Source: Candidatus Sysuiplasma jiujiangense
Lineage (GTDB): Archaea; Thermoplasmatota; Thermoplasmata; Sysuiplasmatales; Sysuiplasmataceae
Assembly: GCA_019721075.1 (NCBI GenBank)
Contig: JAHEAD010000002.1
Coordinates: 152,949 to 216,948 of the forward strand
DNA: 64,000 bases
Direction: 5' to 3'
Under the pieces are notes generated by a model. The model saw only the letters and a list, made by a program, of their open reading frames with translations. It did not search any database and was not told where the DNA came from. The first letter of the stretch is position 1. Every line of letters starts with the position of its first letter. A program made the translations under genes and the position numbers. Shown here piece by piece: positions 49,067 through 59,482 of the stretch.

Positions 49067-50757
49067 ATATGGATCCACTCCGGCAATTCATAGACGAGGC
49101 GGAGCACCATATCGTGGAGGCGATAAGAAGGAGATACGGCACCGACATGACAATCTCGCTTGAAATACCCGGGGAGAGGGCCGACTTTTCCTATCCCTGC
49201 TTCGCACTGGCAAAGAAGGCAGGCAGGGATCCGTCGCAGATAGCCTCCGAACTGGCGGCGGACTACCGGGGAATTGATCTTGAGTTCAGTGCGACGAACG
49301 GCTACCTCAATGTAAACGTGAGCGGCGAGAAACTTGCGTCGCTGACTGTCAGCACCATTCTCAAAGCAGGCAGAGAGTACGGCAGGACAGCCATGACGGA
49401 GGCACGGATAAATGTCGAGCACACATCAATCAACCCAAACGGTCCCGTGCATATCGGCAGGGCGAGGAATGCGATAATAGGCGACACGCTCGTGAGATGC
49501 ATGAGGCAGTGCGGATACAGCATAACCTCCGAGTATTATGTCGACGACGTGGGAAGACAGGTGGTCGTTCTCCTCTGGGGTGTGAAACATCTGGTACTGG
49601 AAGACACCGCGGAGAGCAAAGAGGACAGAAGACTCGTCCGCTATTACATCGCGGCGAGCGACAGGGCTAAGACCGATCCTGCGTGCGCAGGCGATATCCA
49701 GGAGCTGCAGCTCAGACTGGACAGGGGCGATACGGAAACGGTAAGTGCTGCAAGACAGGTTGCGGATGCAGTTCTCTCAGGCATAAAGAAAACACTTGCA
49801 TCGATCAATGTCAGCATTGACAGATACTCGTATGAGAGCGATCTGATAGTCAGCGGAAGGGTCCGTGAGGTTATCGAGACGATGAAAAGACTGCCGGTAG
49901 CTGTCGAGGAGGACGGCGCATGGTACATCCCCGTAGGCACGAAGGACGGGGAGGACAGATTCTATTTCACAAGGAAGGACGGAACCAGCCTCTACACGAC
50001 AAGGGATGTTGCCTACCACATGGACAAATTCTCGAGGTCAGACAGGGTGATAGACGTCCTTGGGGAGGATCAGAAGCTCGGAGTCAGGTTCCTTTCGGAC
50101 GCGCTGAATCTCATCGACAGCCGGATGAAACCGGAATTTCTTTTCTACTCGTTCGTCAGCCTGCCCTCCGGCAGGATGTCCACAAGAGGAGGCAACTTCG
50201 TACTCCTCGATGACCTGGTGGAGGAGGGAAGGAAGCGTGCGAAACAGGAAGTTCTCAGGAGGAGAAGCGATATCTCTGACGGTGAGGCCGAAAAGATTGC
50301 CGTTGCAGTGGGAACAGGGGCGCTGCGATACAATATTGCAAGGATCCAGCCGGAAAAGAAGGTTGTCTTCAGGTGGGAGGACGCGCTGAATTTCGAAGGC
50401 AACAGCGCACCGTTCATTCAGTATGCCCACGCCAGGGCGTGCAGCATACTCGAGAAGGCCGGAAAATGGGAGACAGGTGCGCTCTCATATGATGAGGACG
50501 CCGAAATTGCACTCTGCAGACAGCTCGCCATATTCCCCTCCCTTCTCAGGGATATATCCAGATCGATGGCGGTGCACAGGATGGCCGTGTATGCGCAGCA
50601 GCTTGCATCCCTCTTCAATCAGTTTTACAGGCTTGTCACAGTCCTGAAGGCGCCTGGCGAGAAGAGGGAAAGCAGGCTTGCACTTGTCGACGCTTCGAGG
50701 ATTGTGCTGGAGATTGCGCTGAATTGCCTTGGAATCGAGGCACCACGTTCGATGTGA
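49063..50757 (+). CDS. argS: Arginine--tRNA ligase
   Basis: EHTSINPNGPVHIGRARN, DGTSLYTTRD, MSTRGG, GNSAPFIQYAHARA. Confidence 0.96.
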   Translation: MNMDPLRQFIDEAEHHIVEAIRRRYGTDMTISLEIPGERADFSYPCFALAKKAGRDPSQIASELAADYRGIDLEFSATNGYLNVNVSGEKLASLTVSTILKAGREYGRTAMTEARINVEHTSINPNGPVHIGRARNAIIGDTLVRCMRQCGYSITSEYYVDDVGRQVVVLLWGVKHLVLEDTAESKEDRRLVRYYIAASDRAKTDPACAGDIQELQLRLDRGDTETVSAARQVADAVLSGIKKTLASINVSIDRYSYESDLIVSGRVREVIETMKRLPVAVEEDGAWYIPVGTKDGEDRFYFTRKDGTSLYTTRDVAYHMDKFSRSDRVIDVLGEDQKLGVRFLSDALNLIDSRMKPEFLFYSFVSLPSGRMSTRGGNFVLLDDLVEEGRKRAKQEVLRRRSDISDGEAEKIAVAVGTGALRYNIARIQPEKKVVFRWEDALNFEGNSAPFIQYAHARACSILEKAGKWETGALSYDEDAEIALCRQLAIFPSLLRDISRSMAVHRMAVYAQQLASLFNQFYRLVTVLKAPGEKRESRLALVDASRIVLEIALNCLGIEAPRSM

Positions 50758-50881
50758 GAAGCCTGCGCCACGCTTTGGGCTGCCGGCAGCGGGCGCTGCT
50801 ACGGGGCAAGCTTAAAAATCGTAAAAGAAGAAAAGGAAGAAATTGTTAAGATATTTATGATGTGCCTCGCACACCTGAAAC

Positions 50882-53800
50882 CTACTTCCCTTTGCCCTTG
50901 CCCTTGTCGCGCCCTCTTGCGGGCATTCTCCTGCGCAGCGCGATTACCGCTATGACAGCAACTATGATTATCACTATGCCGGCGTAGAGCGCATACACCG
51001 CAATCTGCGACTGTGTTACGGCGATGGGCTGCGTTCCCGTGTTATCCACGGATGACAGCTGCAGTGCCGCCGATGTTTCAGCCTTCAGTGTAAAATTACC
51101 GAACGTCGCCGGTGCCCATTTGATTGTTCCGTAGACAGTCTGGTTAGGCTTGATTACGCTGACACTTGTCTTGTTCGTACCGTTGTAGAAGACAGTGATT
51201 GTTCCGATTTTAGTCTTTGCGCCGCTCTGGGCAGCGATGGCATAGAGGGTCACCTTGGCTGACGAGGCATTGGCGTTGCCGATGTTCATGATGTTGACGG
51301 TGATTGTTCCGGGGGTTCCCTGCGTGAAGGTCTTCGGCTTGAATGTTATGTTGACGACGCGGAGATCCGGCCTCGGTTCCGATGTGACCACGAGAGAATA
51401 TGTGGACGAGGCTTTAACCCCGTTGGGAGCAATGACAGTCAGGTTGACGGTAAGAGGTGTTGAACTTATTGCGGTGTAGATGTGTGTGACGTTCATTCCA
51501 CCCTGTGCGCCCGTGAGGTTCAGATAGCGGCTGTATGTTACATTGCCCTTCTGTGTGGCGTTCGTCGTGTTATGCGCATCACCGAAATTCCACTGGAAAA
51601 GGAGTACCGAATTGTTCCAGTCTGGATCGGTTGTTGCGGATGCGTTGAAGTGGACCGTGGTATTCTCCTGAACGGAGCCGCCCGCTGCCTTCCACTTGCT
51701 GTTATAGACAACAAATGATACAATGGGCTTGAGCGTCTTATTGACCTGAACCGTTATACTCGTGGTGTTTGTAAATCCGACTTCGTCTGTCACTGTCAGG
51801 TTGAGGGTGAAGTTGCCTGCCTTCGCATATGAATGCGATGCGTTAAGGTTGGACTGCGTGTTGCTTATTACAGTGTAGTTGCGTATGCCATCTCCCCATG
51901 AAAAGTTGTATGAGATGATGATGCCCTGGTTGTCTCCCGGACTGATTGATGCCTTTGACTTCAGGCCGTTGACGACAAACGGCACATCCTGGTTCGCGTA
52001 AACCTTTCCGGAAACTGCCGTGTTGTTCACGCTTATCACGGAAGTAAGCGTTGTGTCGTTTGCAACCCTGACGGATATTGTCATGTTCGCCCTGTCGCCC
52101 GTGACGGTTGTAGCGGTAAGCGTTATGTTGATGAAAACACCGGGCGTGGTGTAGTTGTAATAGGTGTGCGGGGCAACGGAGCTTGAAGTGTTTGTGAAAG
52201 AGGAGCTGTAGTTGGTTGTGTTCCAGTGCCATGAATAATAAAGCGGACCGCCCGAAGGATCATAGGAGCCTTGTGCGGTGTAGTTTATTGCCATTCCGGC
52301 GCGGACGATGTAGTATTTCACAACACCGCCGACCGTGTAGGCGTACGAGTACCGGCTGGAGGCAGCAGCCGCCTTGACAACCGGTTTCTGGCCGACCTTG
52401 AATGCCATTGAGACGGTTGCATAGCCGGTGGATGTTATCGTGGTATACACTACCACCGTGGTGTGACCTGAGACAGAAACGCCGGTCGAAGTCGTGGAGT
52501 TCGAGTACAGCTCGAATCCCGGCGGCAGGACAACAGTATTGTAATAATGCATGGCGGTGGTGTTGTATGCTGCAACGAACACTGCCGAATAGGACGATGA
52601 ATTTTGCGGGAGCGTGGAGAGCATTGTCGTATATGTGTCGGTAGAAACAATGCTGAAGGCGGAACCCGATGTTATTGGGCCGGTTGCAATTCCGGACAGC
52701 GTCAGGGAAAAGGCGGATTCGTTGCTCAGATAGGGAGACGAGTTAACCTCCAGGAGGTTGTATGTCGTGGTATACTCGGGCCCGAGTCCTGCGATAAACG
52801 ACTGTATCACTGAAGTGCTGTTAATCGATGGATAGCCGTTGTTGAACGCCAGGGCAAACTGCATCCTCGCGCTTGGCACAAAGCTGAAAGGAACACCGTA
52901 CACCGGACTGCCGGCGTCAAGAGACTGGTTGAAACTTACAGTAAAGTTTTTCCAGTTTGCGACAGTTTGCGAATAGTAAATTGCTGTTGTAGACAGCGGG
53001 GAAGCCGAAGTGAACTTGCTGCTCAGAACGACGGAAGGAAGCAGATAGCCCGGTATATCGGCGGCAGTCACGGTGACATTGGAAATATACGAAGCGTAGC
53101 CTGTCGCATTTATTGCAGCAACATAGGTGCCCACCGGCACGAAGAAAGAAACGAGATTCGAGGAAACGCTGCCCTCAAACAGGCGCTCGGACAGCGGTAT
53201 TGACGTGCTGGCATACGAGAGCATGTAGGCCCGGATGCCGGACAGTATGCCCCCGGAAGAGGAGGAAACGCTTGCCTGCATGTCTGCTGCAAGCGGAAGA
53301 GACATCTTGATTGTGGGAGAGGTGCTAATCTGCACGTTGGTGACACTCGTGTAATTTGGTGCAAAATATTCCTGTGCCGACGCATAGCTCGAATTGAGGT
53401 TGTCAACGGACGCCAAAATTGTGTAATTGTATTTGTCGCTCACAGTGATGGAAAGCGTCCCCGCGGAGTTGGTGTAACCGGTATAAATTGTCTGGTTGCC
53501 CTCGCCGTATGCCGCCAGGACCGATCCTGTTTCCATAAACTGTACAAAGGCACCCTTAAGCCCTGTCTTTGCGAACTGCGTGTTGTTCACAATAACTGTT
53601 GCCGTCACATTGCTGGAACTGCTCTCAGCTATCTGCATCAGGCGTATCTGGGCCGAAACGCTTGCTGTGTCGTTGAATCGGACGGGTGAAAGGAGGTGGC
53701 CGGTGAAGTATCCCGGAGCCGAAGCGTTGATCCAGTAGTATCCTGGTTCAAGCGGACCAGTCGGTGCGCCTGTTATTGAATACCCGGTGGTACTGTTAAA

Positions 53801-54079
53801 CGTGATAGTGTAGGTCAGCGAAGGATAGTGTGTGTTTTCAAGCATCACGACCGCGTTCGTGAGAGGAATTAATGGAGCGCCGCCCGTCAGGGTGCCGTAT
53901 ACGTTGACCTGCAGAATGTTGCCGCCGGTTGTGCCCATCGGGGCCTGCGATTTGTTGACCGAGCTCGTTATTCTGGCCGTGTTTTTTGCTGGTTCGGTCA
54001 TTATCAGTGCTGCAGACGACACGATTAATGCAGCAATCAAAAGCACGGATAATGCCTTCTTATATGCCCTGATTTCCAT
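50882..54079 (-). CDS. Large PKD/CARDB-domain cell-surface glycoprotein
   Basis: N-terminal signal-like helix; Thr/Ser/Asn-rich; PKD motifs YNFSWGDG, QWNFGD, HSYAKAGNFTLNLTVTD; CARDB PDLRVVNI; C-terminal TM plus basic tail. Confidence 0.88.
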   Translation of the reverse strand: MEIRAYKKALSVLLIAALIVSSAALIMTEPAKNTARITSSVNKSQAPMGTTGGNILQVNVYGTLTGGAPLIPLTNAVVMLENTHYPSLTYTITFNSTTGYSITGAPTGPLEPGYYWINASAPGYFTGHLLSPVRFNDTASVSAQIRLMQIAESSSSNVTATVIVNNTQFAKTGLKGAFVQFMETGSVLAAYGEGNQTIYTGYTNSAGTLSITVSDKYNYTILASVDNLNSSYASAQEYFAPNYTSVTNVQISTSPTIKMSLPLAADMQASVSSSSGGILSGIRAYMLSYASTSIPLSERLFEGSVSSNLVSFFVPVGTYVAAINATGYASYISNVTVTAADIPGYLLPSVVLSSKFTSASPLSTTAIYYSQTVANWKNFTVSFNQSLDAGSPVYGVPFSFVPSARMQFALAFNNGYPSINSTSVIQSFIAGLGPEYTTTYNLLEVNSSPYLSNESAFSLTLSGIATGPITSGSAFSIVSTDTYTTMLSTLPQNSSSYSAVFVAAYNTTAMHYYNTVVLPPGFELYSNSTTSTGVSVSGHTTVVVYTTITSTGYATVSMAFKVGQKPVVKAAAASSRYSYAYTVGGVVKYYIVRAGMAINYTAQGSYDPSGGPLYYSWHWNTTNYSSSFTNTSSSVAPHTYYNYTTPGVFINITLTATTVTGDRANMTISVRVANDTTLTSVISVNNTAVSGKVYANQDVPFVVNGLKSKASISPGDNQGIIISYNFSWGDGIRNYTVISNTQSNLNASHSYAKAGNFTLNLTVTDEVGFTNTTSITVQVNKTLKPIVSFVVYNSKWKAAGGSVQENTTVHFNASATTDPDWNNSVLLFQWNFGDAHNTTNATQKGNVTYSRYLNLTGAQGGMNVTHIYTAISSTPLTVNLTVIAPNGVKASSTYSLVVTSEPRPDLRVVNITFKPKTFTQGTPGTITVNIMNIGNANASSAKVTLYAIAAQSGAKTKIGTITVFYNGTNKTSVSVIKPNQTVYGTIKWAPATFGNFTLKAETSAALQLSSVDNTGTQPIAVTQSQIAVYALYAGIVIIIVAVIAVIALRRRMPARGRDKGKGKGK

Positions 54080-54437
54080 TAATATTTCCTCCGAATGCAT
54101 TGTTTCCCCGCTCAACCCTCTTAAAAGGTAAACGGGTACTATGAGTTCGAAGACAACTTTTTCGGGACTAAATGCTACCACTTAATAAAGGTTATTGAGG
54201 ATCGTGAATGCGCGTAACACACGCCGGAGAGGATTCATGATGCATTTTATTTCGCTGGCTGCTTCCCTCATCAGCCGCCATGTGAAGCATCTGCTGCAGC
54301 CATGCTGTTTGAACATCGGGCTGCCCGGATGCCTCTGCCTGAACCCATTCGCGTAATGATACATTTAGGCATTTTTGACTGACAGGAAACTGCTTCCGGC
54401 AGAAACAGATGTTCTTGTTCGACAGGATAAAGTCCGA

Positions 54438-56102
54438 TCACGCCTGGATGCCGGAAACCGGACGCGGATGCTGTGCTTTGAGGAAGGTATTGACCATTGC
54501 CGGATCAGGAAAGAGACAGGAGGGATTCACCCTTGCGTCTACGGTCGTGCTGAGGTCGGTCAGGTAGCTTTTCCTGCCGCCAAATCTCATAATGATTAAA
54601 GGTGACAGCATCATGGGGACAAGCCATATGGAGTTGTATACTGCACCCAGCGGATTGACAGTGACTATGCCAAACCAGAGTATCCCGTCCATTACCATGG
54701 CGTAAGCGGATATCCTGAGCACCTCCCCCGGCGACAGCGGAATTTCGTTCTTCGGGGTAACCGGTATTGTCCGCAATCCGCCGATAAAATATACGATCAT
54801 GCTCTTGAACTCGTAAGGTATGGATATTGAGGCGATTGCCGAACTTAGCCACCTGTGTTTCAGGTAGGCTGACCAGCTGATGCCGCAGACGGACCGGATC
54901 GCAATGCTTACTGCGGAAACAAACACGCCCAGAATTGCCATGAAGCGGAGAATGGGCACCGACCAGTATGTTGCCACAGGATTTGACAGGAAATGCTGGA
55001 AGAAACCGGCGGCTGATGAAGGAGTCGAAGAGAAACCGTAAACGGTCAGGAACATGCCCAGAGGCAGCAGCAGATTCGTTATATGACCTATCGGGATCTG
55101 CAGCAGATGCAGTTTCCTGCTTTTTGAGAGCCTTTTCCGCGAAAAGCCGAAAAATTCCATGGAGCCTCTGGTCCACTTGTTCTGCCTCTTGATGAAGCCA
55201 CGGACATTCTCCGGCATTGCTTCATAGGTGTGCAGCGGCACAAACCTTGAATGCCAGTTTTTCTCCGCAAGGGCAACAGCTGTTGCGAAATCCTCCGAAA
55301 CATACCCTTCCACAAAGCCTCCCACTTCCTTCAGTGCAGACACCCTGATGAGTACATTGTGGCCGTAGCAGAAAACTGCATCCAGAACATTGGCAAGCTG
55401 CCGCTCCCAGACAAACTGTCCTATGCGTGTCATCGCCGCAAGAGCCTTGACGAAGCCCGTATCCAGATTCCATATGTTGATCATGCCCTGAAAAATCGCC
55501 ACTCCGCTGTTGGAAGGGTGTTCGGAAAATTTTAGCGCCTCTTCCACCCAGTCGGGCGGAATATATGAGTCAGAGTCGAGCAGTACGATGTAATCGTAGG
55601 ACGCATACTGACGCAGCCAGTCATTAATCGCTCCTGCCTTGAATCCCCTTCTCTCGTTTCGCCTCACAACGGTGTAGTGATGTTCAGCCGAAATACCGTC
55701 CACGATTGTCCGCGCCTCAGGATTTGTTGAATCGTCTATGATGTGGACATCGCACGGATATGACTGCCTTATGGCAGCAAGGCATTCAGGAACCACGTCG
55801 TTCATGGTGGCATACAGTATTGCGACCCTCTTCCCCGGAGGAGCCGATGAAAGCCTCGGCGGCTGGACATAATGAGTAAAGAGCGCCGTAAGCTGCCTTG
55901 CTATTCCGTAAGAGCTTCCGGAAAAGAGAACCGTCAGGACTGCAAAGAGAGCAACAGACGCCGCATGATTCCATCTGATTATGAACAGGGCCAGCGATGC
56001 TTCAAGTGCAAGAAATATTGTTGCGTAAAGCGAATAAAATACGCGCCTGATGCCTGTCTCATAAGAATGGCGCCTTGCAGAATCGGGAACAGTCGCTTTC
56101 AT
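54438..56102 (-). CDS. Membrane GT2 processive glycosyltransferase (cellulose-synthase-like)
   Basis: IIDDS, FKAGAIN, LLDSD, SEDF, RQNKW (QxxRW-like); N- and C-terminal TMs. Confidence 0.88.
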   Translation of the reverse strand: MKATVPDSARRHSYETGIRRVFYSLYATIFLALEASLALFIIRWNHAASVALFAVLTVLFSGSSYGIARQLTALFTHYVQPPRLSSAPPGKRVAILYATMNDVVPECLAAIRQSYPCDVHIIDDSTNPEARTIVDGISAEHHYTVVRRNERRGFKAGAINDWLRQYASYDYIVLLDSDSYIPPDWVEEALKFSEHPSNSGVAIFQGMINIWNLDTGFVKALAAMTRIGQFVWERQLANVLDAVFCYGHNVLIRVSALKEVGGFVEGYVSEDFATAVALAEKNWHSRFVPLHTYEAMPENVRGFIKRQNKWTRGSMEFFGFSRKRLSKSRKLHLLQIPIGHITNLLLPLGMFLTVYGFSSTPSSAAGFFQHFLSNPVATYWSVPILRFMAILGVFVSAVSIAIRSVCGISWSAYLKHRWLSSAIASISIPYEFKSMIVYFIGGLRTIPVTPKNEIPLSPGEVLRISAYAMVMDGILWFGIVTVNPLGAVYNSIWLVPMMLSPLIIMRFGGRKSYLTDLSTTVDARVNPSCLFPDPAMVNTFLKAQHPRPVSGIQA

Positions 56103-56284
56103 GGTATGGCCGTGCCGCTCGATTGCTGTTCCGCTCAGGATTGTATTTATGCTTTATTTGATAGTTTTCGAACGGATGCCGGGAAGTCGCTGCATTTTGG
56201 CCGGCGTGGCGTGCGGACGGATTCCAATCGCGACAGAGAAACGTAAAGCTGAATGCGTGAAGGCAGACAGGGTCTGCCATAAGA

Positions 56285-57442
56285 TCAGGTCACTACATCC
56301 GCTATCCTGTCTTCGGCTGCGGCCCTCTTTATCTCCATGGCAATTCGCCTCCCTGTGCTCATGTTTGTCCCATAGAGCATGTTCCCGTATGGATGCCCGG
56401 ACCAGATGTGAGCGTTTGTACCTCCTCCAATTCTCGGTGCGACATCGTAAATGTAGAAGTTCATGTCCTTGTCAACGCAGGTCTGGAGGGTGAACGGCCC
56501 TATTATACCGGGCGGATAGTGCTTCTGTGTTGCACCGACATACCTCTCGGCCAGTTCGAACGCACTGTCAAGAAGAGACTCCCTGATCGTTGCGCTGTTG
56601 TGGCCCACAACCGTGTATTCCGGTATTTTCTGCGATTCCGGAAGCGCGAGCTGCTGGTCTGCAGGCAGCCTCACATGGCCGTCGAGCGAGGACTCAAATC
56701 TCCAGTCAATTCCAAGCAGTTCGATCTTCTCCCCTCTTTCCTCCAGGGGCGAGTAGAAGAAGTCTAGATTGAACACCGGCCCTATGATGTAGCGCTCTAT
56801 TCGTGCCCTCCTTAGGGACTCTGCATCTATCACATGTGCCCGGAGCATCGCCTCTGATTTGCGCCTGTACTCCTCAAAACTTGATGCCGTAAAAAAACCG
56901 CGTTCCAGCTTTTTTTCGGCGTGATGAAGCTTGATCATCGAAAGGGAGTCGATGTTCTCCGGCTTCTCTATCGTTTCTGGATAGGGCAGATGAGCCTTCT
57001 CAAGGAGCGTGTAATAGTTGTCCTTTTCCTCCCGCTCTTCAGTCCTCAGAAGATTCCTGGAGCCGAACAGAGGCACTGCAAACCTGTTCTCAATGTCATC
57101 GACGGCGCAGTAAGAACTGAAGGATCTGTTTGGCACAAATATTACTGAATTTTTCAGCAGCTCGTCAATGCTGCGCTTGCTCATTATGTCGCTGAACCTG
57201 GAGAGCACGAGCGTCCTGTCGACGACACCTCTCGTAACCTTTCCTTCGCCATCCCTGACTGTCCTCAGGTATTTTGAATAAGTCGCATCTCTGCCTTTCT
57301 GGACGACCACGATGGAGCGCATCCCTTCCTGCATTGCGCCGTCGGCAACATCGATTGCCGAATGGGAGCCTATAACACCCACAGTCAGGTTTTCGGCCCT
57401 GAAGGTGCGGGCTGTCTCCTGGATATTCATTCTGTCAATCAT
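56285..57442 (-). CDS. purP: Formate-dependent FAICAR synthetase (ATP-grasp PurP family)
   Basis: GSHSA, FVPNRSF, FGSRNLLRTEER, ERGFF, GIIGPFTLQ, APRIGGGTN, MSTGRRIAMEI. Confidence 0.92.
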   Translation of the reverse strand: MIDRMNIQETARTFRAENLTVGVIGSHSAIDVADGAMQEGMRSIVVVQKGRDATYSKYLRTVRDGEGKVTRGVVDRTLVLSRFSDIMSKRSIDELLKNSVIFVPNRSFSSYCAVDDIENRFAVPLFGSRNLLRTEEREEKDNYYTLLEKAHLPYPETIEKPENIDSLSMIKLHHAEKKLERGFFTASSFEEYRRKSEAMLRAHVIDAESLRRARIERYIIGPVFNLDFFYSPLEERGEKIELLGIDWRFESSLDGHVRLPADQQLALPESQKIPEYTVVGHNSATIRESLLDSAFELAERYVGATQKHYPPGIIGPFTLQTCVDKDMNFYIYDVAPRIGGGTNAHIWSGHPYGNMLYGTNMSTGRRIAMEIKRAAAEDRIADVVT

Positions 57443-57493
57443 GCTGTTCTTTCACTCATAACGGCTGGCCGGATAAAAAAGTTGCACTGCCAA

Positions 57494-59152
57494 TCAGGTT
57501 TCGCTTGTTTCGCTCTTGACCCTGTATACGACCTGTTTCTGCCGGGCTGCCTCCGGCCGCCTGGGCCTCAGCGCAGAAGGGATTATAGCAATAATCACAG
57601 CGACACTGAAGATCGCGAACACCTGGTGGAACGAGCGCATGAACGGATGCCAGAGCACCTGGTAGGAGGGACTGTTCACAACCGAAGGGGGCAGATTATT
57701 CACACTGCCAATGAAGAGAGTGATGAAATTTGATACGTTTACTGTCGTGCCTATGAAGACAAACGCAATTGTCAGAGCTATCATGCTGGCTACATTGAGC
57801 ATTGTGGAGTTTGTAGCTGCGCCGACACCCCTTTCGTTCGGTTTCATGGAGCTCATGATTGACGAAATATTTGGTGAGCCGAACAGGCCGCCTCCCACGC
57901 CTGCCAGCGCAAGCACGCCGGAGACCTCCAGCGGCTGGGCATTTTGTGGCAGAATACTCAATATAAGAAGCGTGATGGCCGAAAGAACAACACCGGCTGT
58001 TGTCAGTCCGCGAGAACCAATCCGGTCTGAGAGTATGCCGCTCAGGGGGCCGACCAGCAGGAAACCCAGACTCATAGGAATGAGCTGCAGCCCGGCATTA
58101 AAAGCGCTCAGCCCCTTGACGCCCTCAAAGTAAAAGACAAGCAGGAACATTATGCCGCCTCTTCCGATGGCTATGAGTGTCGACGAGAGAACACCGGCTG
58201 AAAAACTCCTGCTTCTGAAGAGCGAGAATTTCATGAGTGGATGCTTTGCAAACCGGACTTCATTCACTATAAAGAGTATCATCAGTACAGGAAAGATCGC
58301 AAAAGCAATGTAACTCATTGCCAGATACGGGTGGAAGGTGGCATAGAGCAGGTTCACCTTTGATGCTGAGCCTGCGGTCATTCCACCCAGCGTGTAGAAT
58401 GTTGAGCCGAGCAGCAGCGCGGATATCGAACCTGAGAACAGAACCGCTCCAGGCAGATCCAGCGTCTCCCTGCTGTTTGGAGTCGACAGTTCATGCAGCC
58501 TGAGATAAGCCCAGACGGTGGCAAAAATGCCTATGGGGACATTGATGAAAAATATGTAGCGCCAGCTTGCAACCGATGTGATTACGCCGCCCAGGACCAG
58601 TCCCAGGATGCTGCCTCCCACGCCGGAAACCATGTTTGTGCCCAGAGCGAGACCGCGCTGATTCGGGGGGAAAGCATCTGTGAGAATCGCTGCTGAGTTG
58701 GACCAGAGCATTGCAGCGCCTATCGCCTGCACAAACCTGAAAATAACGAGCTGCAGTCCTTCGGTAATCATTGCATTGGGAATAATAATGCCGGAAAGGC
58801 CTGACAGCAGAGAGCCTGCAGTGAATACAGCGAACCCTGCATTGTATATCCTGACCCTGCCCTTCAGATCAGCCAGCCTTCCGAAGAATATCAGAAGTGT
58901 TGCAGTAATGAGCATATAGCCCATAAGTGACCATATCACGTAAACAAAGGAGTCGGCGCTGGCTATTGCATATCCGACACTGGTTGCCGGAAGTGTTCCT
59001 CCTGGTATGTGCCTGAGCACGCTCCTGAGTATGTAAGGCAGGGAAATAATCACAATGCTCGTGTCAATTGAAGCCATCAGAATCGCGATTGTTGTGTTGG
59101 AAAGGACTACCCACTTGTAGTCCAGTTTTCCTCTGCCCTTCGTGTTTTCCAT
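57494..59152 (-). CDS. MFS drug:H+ antiporter (DHA2, 14-TM)
   Basis: MASIDTSIV, GRLADLKGR motif A, WRYIFFINVPIG, SDRIGSR. Confidence 0.92.
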   Translation of the reverse strand: MENTKGRGKLDYKWVVLSNTTIAILMASIDTSIVIISLPYILRSVLRHIPGGTLPATSVGYAIASADSFVYVIWSLMGYMLITATLLIFFGRLADLKGRVRIYNAGFAVFTAGSLLSGLSGIIIPNAMITEGLQLVIFRFVQAIGAAMLWSNSAAILTDAFPPNQRGLALGTNMVSGVGGSILGLVLGGVITSVASWRYIFFINVPIGIFATVWAYLRLHELSTPNSRETLDLPGAVLFSGSISALLLGSTFYTLGGMTAGSASKVNLLYATFHPYLAMSYIAFAIFPVLMILFIVNEVRFAKHPLMKFSLFRSRSFSAGVLSSTLIAIGRGGIMFLLVFYFEGVKGLSAFNAGLQLIPMSLGFLLVGPLSGILSDRIGSRGLTTAGVVLSAITLLILSILPQNAQPLEVSGVLALAGVGGGLFGSPNISSIMSSMKPNERGVGAATNSTMLNVASMIALTIAFVFIGTTVNVSNFITLFIGSVNNLPPSVVNSPSYQVLWHPFMRSFHQVFAIFSVAVIIAIIPSALRPRRPEAARQKQVVYRVKSETSET

Positions 59153-59319
59153 TTCCTATTGCTCCGAAACAAATATCTTCCAGAATAAATTGATATATGA
59201 ACCCTTGTAAATTTTTTCAGCTACAGGAAAATTACATCTGTGGCCGGAGATAAAAAATGATGTTTTCCCGTTTCCTGACCAGATTCCGCTTCAGTGATCA
59301 TTATCCGTACCGGAAATAC

Positions 59320-59361
59320 GATTCATAGAACTGCGATCTATGAAGCTGCGATCTATGAATC
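59320..59361. repeat. Tandem 14-bp direct repeat with overlapping inverted repeat
   Basis: CTGCGATCTATGAA at 59331-59344 and 59346-59359; GATTCATAG (59320-59328) / CTATGAATC (59353-59361). Confidence 0.75.
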
Positions 59362-59482
59362 TCTTTGAACGCTTTAGACGCGATCCGAGAAACCGCGAAA
59401 ACGGCAAACATGGAAAAAGGCTGTAAGGAAATATGGCATGTACTGCGTAAGTTTAATAAGAGTGCAGAAGGTTCCGAATTTC

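Noticed and set aside
48206..49078. Long antisense ORFs (also 24655-25521, 21476-22270, 46253-46957, 3097-3825)
   Set aside because: They lie opposite well-supported genes and are shadow frames caused by codon bias
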